DNA from: Catajapyx aquilonaris
Lineage: Eukaryota
Direction: 5' to 3'
Assembly: GCA_000934665.2 (NCBI GenBank)
Contig: JYFJ02004284.1
Coordinates: 1-33,367 of the forward strand
Length of the DNA stretch: 33,367 nucleotides
Shown: piece by piece, positions 21,764-30,942 of the stretch
How positions within the stretch are numbered: the first letter of the stretch is position 1
Layout of the letters: every line of letters begins with the position of its first letter
Translations under genes and position numbers: made by a program
The notes under the pieces: model-generated
The model's database searches: none
Told to the model about the DNA's origin: nothing
What the model saw: only the letters and a program-made list of their open reading frames with translations

Positions 21764-24069
21764 CATTTCCTAATTTTTATTTTTATTTTACTTAACCCCT
21801 TGGGAGAAACATCGCTCCTTTAGGGGGGTGGAAAACTACCATTTTCCATCACTATTTTCTCGCATATTTTCTTTGTACACTGTACAATAGGGCGGCTCGA
21901 AAAACACTTTTTTTCGAAAGTTGTAGTTCGCTAGTGAAAAAAAGTTGTGTTGGGCGATCCTTTTAACAGGTAAAAAATCTGAGTCATGTGGGTTAATATC
22001 CTACGGCTCCGCCAGGGGCGTAAGTGACGCAACTTCCGGTTTTTCGTGTTTTGGTGTGCGAGTACACTTACCCGGCCTAAACATGAAAAGTTGTGGCCCT
22101 TTGGGGGTGAAATGTCGTTATCTTTGCGATATCTTGCACCGTTGACGAGATATTGACCAAAGCCCCAGGTTCAAAAATTACACCGTTCTGCAAAAAAACA
22201 CTCTCTTTCGCTCTTTTGAAACCTTTTTTGTGCTTTATATGGATTTTGGGGTGCTGAATCCGAATCCGGCAACAGATTTGCTCTATCACGTACAGTTTGT
22301 GAGATATATCGTTTTAAAACTTTGGACGATTTACTAGGGGTCTTTCCGAATCAAGTGGGCCTAAATGTTGCTAGACCGCCTTGGATCTTGGTGAAAATAA
22401 TCACAGATGTACTAATCTATTCCTTAACGCTTCCTATAAAAATTCAGCCATATTGCTCAATTCTATGATAAGGGGAAAAATCGCAAACATCTGGAAATGG
22501 CTGAGAATGAGGCCCTTTTTGGAGATTTTTTTTTCGGTTAGTGCAAGTGGTCAAACCCCAATGAACATATATATCAAAAGAAAGGGAAACACCAGGGCAA
22601 TGCGCCTATGGAATTAGTATTCCTCTAAAATGTAAAAATAAATTTTTATAGCATTTCATTTGTCACTTGCACAGTCACATGCCCAAGAATATATTGTGAC
22701 CTCAACATGTTCTGCAGAAAAATCCTATTTTGGATAAAAGTAGATGGACTATATTATAGATTAAGGTATGCTGAATCCAGATCTGAAGTCAGAATGGCTC
22801 TATCACGTACATATTTTGAGAAAACGCAAATTGTGGGAGATACGACACTTAAATCAAGAATTGTTGTTTTTCACAGTTGTCGCAGTGTATATCCAGGACT
22901 GCGTAAGGGTTTTCCCCGCAGGACTGCCCGAACCTGTGATATACGTTTTTGTATAAGTGTAAAAGGTACGAGAGGGAGTCGGCCAAGGACAGTCGATTAG
23001 AATTGTTGAGGTCACAATATATTCTTGGGCATGTGACTGAGCAAGTGACAAATGAAATGCTATAGAAATTTATTTTTACATTTTAGAGGAATACTAATTC
23101 CATAGGCGCATTGTCCTGGTGTTTCCCCTTATTTTGATATATATGTTCATTGGGGTTTGACCACTTGCACTAACCGAAAAAAAAATTCTCCAAAAAAGGC
23201 CTCTTAGCCATTTCCAGATGTTTGCGATTTTTTCCCTCATCATAGTATTGAGCAATATGGCTGAATTGTTATAGGAAGCGTTAAGGAATAGATGAGTACA
23301 TCTGTGATTATTTTCACCAAGATCCAAGGCGGTCTAGCAACATTTAGGCCCACTTGATTCGGAAAGACCCCTAGTAAATCGTCCAAAGTTTTAAAACGAT
23401 ATATCTCACAAACTGTACGTGATAGAGCAAATCTGTTGCCGGATTCGGATTCAGCACCCCAAAATCCATATAAAGCACAAAAAGGTTTCAAAAGAGCGAA
23501 AGAGAGTGTTTTTTTGCAGAACGGTGTAATTTTTGAACCTGGGGCTTTGGTCAATATCTCGTCAACGGTGCAAGATATCGCAAAGATAACGACATTTCAC
23601 CCCCAAAGGGCCACAACTTTTCATGTTTAGGCCGGGTAAGTGTACTCGCACACCAAAAAACGAAAAACCGGAAGTTGCGTCACTTACGCCCCTGGCGGAG
23701 CCGTAGGATATTAACCCACATGACTCAGATTTTTTACCTGTTAAAAGGATCGCCCAACACAATTTTTTTTCACTAGCGAACTACAACTTTCGAAAAAAAA
23801 GTGTTTTTCGAGCCGCCCTACAAACTGTACAAGGGAGAAAGGACATAGGGAGGGGAATGAGAATTTTTGGGGAGGAGACAAGGTTGCAAGAGCAATGACG
23901 GAAACTGGGCCATGTGGAATGTCCCAGGAGGTTAGGTTGCCAGATGTCTCCAAGGCACGGGTCAGGGACCCTCCTGACGCAGGTGAAAGGGAACATCTGG
24001 GCAGGACTCTAACCCGGGACATTTCGCCCAGCAAGCCGAGTCGTTACGACTTGGCCACTACACCTCCCT
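21764..24069 (-). mobile_element. tRNA-derived SINE split by a foldback insertion
   Basis: 15-bp TSD GGTATCCCTTATTAT at 21749-21763 and 24070-24084, A-box TGGCCAAGTCG, B-box-like GGTTAGAGTCC. An uninterrupted copy lies at 28609-28951. Confidence 0.8.
21888..23820. mobile_element. Foldback-type non-autonomous DNA transposon with ~820-bp terminal inverted repeats
   Basis: Arms 21888-22707 and 23004-23820 are near-perfect reverse complements around a 296-bp spacer. ACTGTACAA is duplicated at 21879-21887 and 23824-23832. Empty site at ~28720-28735. Confidence 0.9.
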
Positions 24070-24493
24070 GGTATCCCTTATTATAATGGCTGAAGAGGTT
24101 TTCTCACAAACACACAGACTGTACAGTCCCATATTTCTCTCTAGCTACATAAAATGTAACGCTGGAAATAGTAAATTGCTTGTTACGGCCTATTATGTAG
24201 CCACTGCTACATTCCTGATAGTAATGAGACACCTGGATCAGGAACCATCCGGCTAGGGATACACAGAAATAATTCCCATGGACTAAAACCTAAATACTAC
24301 CCATGCACTTGGAACACCATGTATACACATAAATGCTCACCCAGTTCCACCCGTTTCCCGGTCTGTTCCAGCGGGAGCCTGTACATCGGTTCCACGAAGT
24401 TGTTACCCCCTTGACAAGGACCTTGCATTCAGTGATAATGATGAAAACATAAAAATCTAGATCTTTGCACACTTCTGCACATGTACCATTACC

Positions 24494-24899
24494 GACCTCG
24501 TGGAGGTCACTATCACAGGGTTGCCATACTAACAGACTGTGAAACATGAGTTTCTCTTTGAATAATGAGCTTGCATTCGGTGATAAAGACATAAACTTGG
24601 CACCATAGAGGCCTAGATCTTTGGAGCCTTCTAAACACATCTGGATGTGGGACTACAATGACCGACCCTGTTGGAGCTCCCTATTCAAATATAAACACTT
24701 GTTTCCCCGTTTGTTAAATATGGTAACCCTGCAAAAGTGATTTTAAGCAGGGTCTGTGATCGTGGCCCCACGTCCAGATATGTTCAGAACTAGTTTCATG
24801 TCTTTATTGCCGATTTCAAGCTCACTATTCAAATATAAATGCATGTTGCACAGTCTGTTGGATTTGGCAACCCCGTGAGAGTGACCTCCAGCGAGGTCA
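24494..24899. repeat. Degenerate inverted repeat (old MITE/foldback relic)
   Basis: 24494-24598 is the diverged reverse complement of 24792-24898. Related pieces at ~24680-24740 and ~30296-30345. Confidence 0.6.
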
Positions 24900-25306
24900 C
24901 TGTGCCTAATTGTATGTATGTATGTATAATTATTCAGGAGAGTGAATTAAAGTTTGCATTCCCTTAACAAATCATAGGGAACGCGGGTTGTGAACTTGTG
25001 ATCTAGTCCGTGTGGCCGTCTAGTGCATGGTACGTGAACTTGGAGCGTACCAAACTGTTTGTCATGTCTTTTACTTAGTTGCTAGGTGTTTAGGTCAAAA
25101 ATGACAAAAATGAGGGGGTTATCACCTTTTCCCACAACACCCCTCATTTGTCCTGGAATCGCCCACGAGGAACCATTAACATCACCAAGTGGTCGAGTAA
25201 ATTCAACAGGAGTGTGGGAATTTCCAAAACATCATTCCAAGCCTGGGATTGATGATCTGGTGTCACTTCAGTGTAAAATAACATTTCATATTCAGCATAC
25301 ACATAC

Positions 25307-25555
25307 CCCACTAATCCTTCCAGAACCCACTGCCAAAGGGTCTTCTTCATCATTGACCACATCGGATGTGGTCAGCTCCATCTCTTCTTCCTCCTCCTTG
25401 ATCTCGGGGAGAGTGTCTTCTAAGAGCGTAGAGCCAACATCAAAGCAGGAAGGGGTCTCCTCCTTCACCCTTAGCCTCCAACTCTCCTCATCCACTGTGA
25501 TGTCCTCCTCCTCCTTCACTTCCCCTTCCTTCTTTATCGTCAGGATCAAAGACAT
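25307..25555 (-). CDS. ZF gene F acidic N-terminal coding exon (83 codons)
   Basis: tttgcag|GGCC-ATG; MSLILTIKKEGEVKEE..EEDPLAVGSGRISG; donor GGG|gtatgt, phase 0. Confidence 0.85.
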
Positions 25556-25726
25556 GGCCCTGCAAACACAGTGCGGACACTTCTACTATAATCATTACCG
25601 TTGCCGGATAAAAAAGGGAACTCCTCAGTACGGGTGGTTATTCACCTGCTCGAGCTGTTTCGCCTAGGGATGGGCTCAACTCGACGGGGGGACACTCTCT
25701 CTCTGAAGAGAACAAGGCGAGGGAGG

Positions 25727-25897
25727 TCAGGCGGCCATCTTGGATTCCACTCGATTCTTTTTTATGCGAATTAAAGGGTGCGTTCCTGTCACCGCGCCAG
25801 AGAGTGAAAAGGACGGCCTTAAGCGCTATCCCTTCCCTTTCTATACACGCCGCTACTTCTGAATCGCCGCTACTCCTTCCAACGACGCTATTCACAC
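25727..25897 (-). promoter_or_regulatory. Conserved promoter/5'-leader cassette of gene F
   Basis: CAAGATGGCCGCC, ATGCGAAT, GGGTGCGTTCCTGTC, GGACGGCCTTAAGCGCTATC, ACGCTATTCAC. Donor CAG|GTGAAT at 25645. Confidence 0.6.
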
Positions 25898-27009
25898 CAA
25901 TCTGTTGGAAACTTTATAATAATCCCGCCTCATGTGAAAAGGAGATCATTTAACCAACAATGCATCATCCAGGGAGCAAATAAAGATTTATTGAGACAAC
26001 TTGTGAGACGGATTGTATAATCACTATGTTATTACACTGTAAGTATTGTTTTATTATTACATTCTATGAGTACAGTATTTTATAACATGGGTCATGGGTG
26101 GGAGTCTCTGTTCCCAGGGTATGTGCTTGTGCGTGTTCTTCCATATCTTCCCACTCTCAAAATGATTACATTAAAAAATAATTATACTTTCCTAAAACTT
26201 GAAACTAGTGCACACTTCAAGATTGCTTCCTGATAATTGGCAATTATTAGGAGGCGCTCAGAGGATAAACGGGATATCCCAACCAACCTCCGATTTTGAA
26301 ATTGTCCTTCTTTTATACTCTCCTCATGTGCTGAAGTGCCAAAATGAATTGGGATATGCCAAAGCTCACATATTCGATATTCCACTTGTAAAATTGGTCG
26401 GCAATGGAAAATCCTATCCTCTTGCAACACAAAAAGTTGATTATCTCAAAATGAAATCCGGTTGGGATGTGTAGTTTTTCCTCTGAGCGGCTCAATTCCT
26501 ATGGCACCAAAGGATATGCACTCCAAGTTGATCAGAGCGGGGAGGAATGAGTGAAATTACTCTATTCAAGGCAAGATTCTCTAGTGGTGTAATGTGCCAA
26601 TTAATTGGCATGACATGAAGTAGTGACAGTAAGTCAAGCATGGTATTTTTTTTTCCAGCAGCAAAACACCTGAAAATAAGTTTTTATATAATGCATGGAA
26701 AGTTGTACACACAACAATGACATTTGCAACCAGATGCTCATAGATCATCAGGATTATGATAGACATTGAACAAATACAAGTGATGTGATGTTACCTATAG
26801 GCTACATTGCCGTGCTCTTCTCTGTATTTGCATGTATCTTGGCATATTACTTGCCTGATTATACGAGGGTTGTTCCGAAAATAAGTTTCGTAATTTTTAA
26901 TAACAGGAAAATTATTTTATACCTGAAATAGAATGCATTATCTGTGGAATGACACATACCACGTCGACTTTGATACAGCCATCGTGTGACATTTCACATA
27001 TCTGTGCAA

Positions 27010-27256
27010 CGATAAATGGTGTCTCTTCAGTGCGCCGTCACATAAGCACTTTCACAGTAGGCTACTTGTATCACAAAACCATTTTCTTGCATTCAGGGCA
27101 ACTGTATGGTGTTTGATCCGTGTGCATTATGCGACATTTCAACCAATATGCTGCACTGAATTCCTTTTGGCAAATTTCACTGCCAGTAGATACCAGTACC
27201 CGTTCCTTGCATTACATATTATTTAAAGGAGGCACCGGAAAAATTAATTTTTTCTC
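27010..27256 (-). pseudogene. Heavily eroded fingers after gene G stop
   Basis: Minus strand reads EICQKEFSAAYWLKCRIMHTDQTPYSCPECKK. Confidence 0.6.
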
Positions 27257-28504
27257 TCATGTATGAATGCACTTGTGAGAATTCAGAGTACCTATATGAC
27301 GAAATTGTTTCTGGCACACCTGACAAGTAAACGGTTTTTCTCCCGTATGAATTAGCATGTGCCTTTTCAACTTATTTAATTCACTGAATTTTTTCTGGCA
27401 CACATCACAAGTGAATGGTTTGTCTCCTGTATGAATTCGCATGTGAGTTTTCAACTTATTTGATACACTGAATTTTTTCTTGCACACCTCACAAGTAAAG
27501 GGTTTTCCTCCTGTGTGAATAAACATGTGCCTTTTCAAAATATATGGTTTGCAAAACGTTTTCTGGCACACCTCACAAGTGAATTGTTTTTCTCCCGTAT
27601 GAATTAGCATGTGCCCTTTCAAATTATTTGATTCATGGAACTTTTTCTGGCACACATCACAAGTGAATGGTTTTTCTCCTGTATGAACGAGCATGTGAGT
27701 TTTCAACTCACTTGATTCACAGAATTGTTTCTGGCACACATCACAAGTGAATGGGTTGTCTCCTGTATGAAGGAGCATGTGAGTTTTCAAACAATATGAA
27801 TGACTTAATTTTTTCTGACACACTTTACAAGTAAGTGGTTTTTCTCCTGTATGAATTCGCATGTGAGTTTTCAAACAATATGAATCACGAAACCTTTTCT
27901 GGCACACATCACAAGTAAAGGGTTTTTCTCCTGTGTGAATAAACATGTGAGTTTTCAAATCATATGAACCACGAAACTTTTTCTGACACACTTCACAAGT
28001 GAATGGTTTTTCTCCGGTATGAATTCGCATGTGAGTTTTCAAATGAGTTGGATTTGTAAATGTGTTCTGGCACACTTCACAAATATATGGTTTTTCTCCT
28101 GTATGGATATGCATATGAGTTTTCAAATTATATGCGTCACGAAACTTTTTCTGGCAGACCTCACAAGTAAATGGTTTTTCTCCTGTATGGATATGCATAT
28201 GAGTTTTCAAATTATATGCGTCACGAAACTTTTTCTGGCAGACCTCACATGTTAATGGTTTTTCTCCTGTGTGAATTCGCATATGAATTTTGAAGCCAGA
28301 AGAATGACTGAACTTTTTCCCGCAAACATGGCAGCAATTTTTCTCACTATGAGTAATGATGTGAATATTCAAATCATCCTGGGTACCAAATATTATCTGG
28401 CATACTCTGCACTCAAATGGATTTCTTCCATCACATATTCCCCTGCTCCTTTTCTCCTGTATCCAATTCTCTGCTACGCCATGCTCAGTTCTCACTTGCA
28501 CAAC
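27257..28504 (-). CDS. ZF gene G terminal exon, 14 C2H2 fingers; no own promoter or start visible
   Basis: Acceptor ttccag|GTT, 416 codons, all fingers keep their zinc ligands. Confidence 0.82.
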   Translation of the reverse strand, partial: VVQVRTEHGVAENWIQEKRSRGICDGRNPFECRVCQIIFGTQDDLNIHIITHSEKNCCHVCGKKFSHSSGFKIHMRIHTGEKPLTCEVCQKKFRDAYNLKTHMHIHTGEKPFTCEVCQKKFRDAYNLKTHMHIHTGEKPYICEVCQNTFTNPTHLKTHMRIHTGEKPFTCEVCQKKFRGSYDLKTHMFIHTGEKPFTCDVCQKRFRDSYCLKTHMRIHTGEKPLTCKVCQKKLSHSYCLKTHMLLHTGDNPFTCDVCQKQFCESSELKTHMLVHTGEKPFTCDVCQKKFHESNNLKGHMLIHTGEKQFTCEVCQKTFCKPYILKRHMFIHTGGKPFTCEVCKKKFSVSNKLKTHMRIHTGDKPFTCDVCQKKFSELNKLKRHMLIHTGEKPFTCQVCQKQFRHIGTLNSHKCIHT

Positions 28505-28608
28505 CTGGAACGTGAATTACAGTTTATCAATTACTATTATGCAGTGTTGACAGACTCATGCTTTCCACATGTTTTGTCATTCGGAAGGTATCCCTTATGG
28601 GTTATTAT

Positions 28609-28951
28609 CATTTCCATATTTTTATTTTTATTTTACTTAACCCCTTGGGAGAAACATCGCTCCTCTAGCGGGGTGGAAAACCACCATTTTCCATCACTAT
28701 TTTATTCTATATTTTCTTTGTACACTGTACAAGGGAGAAAGGACATAGAAAGGGGAATGAGAATTTTTGGGGAGGAGACAAGGTTGCAAGTGCAATGACG
28801 GAAACTGGGAGGTTAGGTTGCCAGATGCCTCCAAGGAGCGGGTCAGAGACCCTCCTGACGCAGGCGAAAAGGAACTCCCGGGCGGGGCTCTAACCCAGGA
28901 TATTTCGCTCAGCACGCCGAGTTTTTACCGACTTGGCCACTAAGCGTCCCT
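28609..28951 (-). mobile_element. tRNA-derived SINE, same insertion as in gene F intron
   Basis: A-box TGGCCAAGTCGG, B-box-like GGTTAGAGCCC, degenerate TSD at ~28587 and 28952-28966. Confidence 0.8.
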
Positions 28952-30566
28952 GGTGCCCCTTATTATAATGGCTGAAGAGGTTGTCTCACAAACACACGGA
29001 CTGTACAGTCCCATATTTCTATGCAGCTACATAAAATGTAACGCTGGAAATAGTAAATTGCTTGTTACACCCTATTATATAGCCACTGCTACATTCGACG
29101 ACCTGATAGTAATGGGACACCTGGATTGGGAAGCAAACAGCCTACACATAAATAATTCCTTTGGACTAAACACTAAATACTAGCCATGCACTTGGAACAC
29201 CCTGTATACGCACAAATGTTCATTTCATTAAGTCATGTTATATTTCAAACTTAGCAATAAATATGAAACATTCACAATATTTGCTGGATCTCCAATGGCG
29301 ATGTTGTGAGCATATGAAAACATTATCATGGACTCAAACACGTAAATATTTGCATTGATAAAACTGAGAACAAGTTCAGAATGGGCTTTACCATCATCAC
29401 CACCACCACCACCACCACCACCACCCTCCAGCTCCTTGTATGACAGATCAGATACATTCAAAGTTGCACAGATAGGGATATGGAGTCAAAACTGCTAGTT
29501 GTTACTCCAGGTCCCAAAAACATCAATGACTGTCACTGCTGATGTATAACATTTGTATGTGCAGCATTGCTCAGTGATCAGACCAGGGTTAATTGTCTTT
29601 GGGACTCTGGGGGTCTCAACCATAAGTGTGAAAACGATATATTGAGACAACTCCATGGGGGCTTTAATTCCATAGTTTAAATAGTGTTTGTTCCAGGGCT
29701 TGCAGATTGAACACGGTTCTGGGAAAGCAACAGATCAAGGTTTCACTGTACCGTACTTAGAACACTATATCATCAACATCCTGAGTGTATGATGGTGATG
29801 ATGATGAGGAGGAGGAATTGATAATTTCATATAGAAAAGAAGTCTCATTTGACATCATGAGGATGTTTCATGAGGGTGATTCCAGGACAGATCATGCAAA
29901 ATAAAATTCACGGTTCACCCCCTATTTTTTGACCACAATGAAATTTGGCAGAATAATCTCTCAAGATAGTATAAATGTAAAAACTTGTCGGTATGTATAA
30001 TTATATCATTAGTATTAAGCAGAAATGGCGAATAGACCATTTTCCCCCAAAAATGCGAAAATGCGTATCTTATGTTGACATCACCCACCACATGGTTTGG
30101 TGAAATGGCAGATGTGTAGGTGGAACAATGTGCCTGTACGAGAAAGTGCCTGTACGAGACAGTGTAAGGAGAAAGGGAGCATATCCCAGGTGCTAAGGGA
30201 AATTATTAAACGTTGCCTTTGTGATTAAATTTTGAAACTCGGTACTCTTAATCTTTTGACACTTCTGAGCATATTTGGATGTGCGACCACGCGGGGTGAC
30301 CCAGTTGGAGGTCACTTTCACAGGGTTGCCTAATTGAACAGGTGCAGCATACCTTTACATGGAAAAGGTCCAAGGGGGTAACAACTCCCCAAAAAAGTGT
30401 ACACCGTATCTATGAATCCTTTGGTTCCACCCGGTTCCAGGCCAGTTCCAGCGGGACCCTGTACATCGGTTCCACGAAGTTGTTACCCCCTTAATAAGGA
30501 CCTTGCATTCAGTGATAAAAACATGAAACTTTAGTGTAAAATAACATTTCATATTCAGCATCATAC

Positions 30567-30818
30567 CTCACTAATCGTTCCAGAACCAACTGCCAAAGGG
30601 TCATCTTCATCATCATCGACCGCTCTGGATGTGGTCAGCTCCTCCTCCTCCTCCTCCTCCTCCTCTCCTTCCTCCTTCTTGATCTCGAGGAGAGTGTCTT
30701 CCATTAGAGTAGAGCAATCATCAAAGCATGAAGGGGTCTCCTCCTTCAAGGGAATCTGCCACGTCTCTTCTGTTGTGATGTCCTCATCTCCTTCTTCCTC
30801 CTTCTTTATCTTCAGGAT
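30567..30818 (-). pseudogene. Gene G acidic exon lacking its acceptor and start codon (frame still open)
   Basis: ILKIKKEEEGDEDITTEETWQIPLKEE..EDDPLAVGSGTISE, donor GAG|gtatga. The cag|GACCATGTCTTTG start is replaced by a T10 run. Confidence 0.75.
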
Positions 30819-30855
30819 AAAAAAAAAAGTTGCTTATGATAACCATATTCTTCAT

Positions 30856-30905
30856 GGTTTTATGAATTCGCATGTGGGCTTTCAAATCATTGGACTGACG
30901 AATTT
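30856..30905 (-). pseudogene. Isolated half zinc-finger relic
   Basis: Reads IRQSNDLKAHMRIHKT on the minus strand. Confidence 0.65.
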
Positions 30906-30942
30906 AAAATAAATTAAAGTCTCAAGAGGTTGTCTCAGCGAT

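Noticed and set aside
21945..23762. Mirror-image ORF pairs on both strands
   Set aside because: Produced by the inverted arms of the foldback element; no transposase motifs.
26860..26950. Possible mariner-like end TACGAGGGTTGTTCCGAAA
   Set aside because: No partner TIR or second copy found in the window; too weak to call.
293..30912. Ser-rich + strand ORFs over the acidic exons
   Set aside because: Reverse complement of GAG/GAA-rich codons; the splice signals are on the minus strand.
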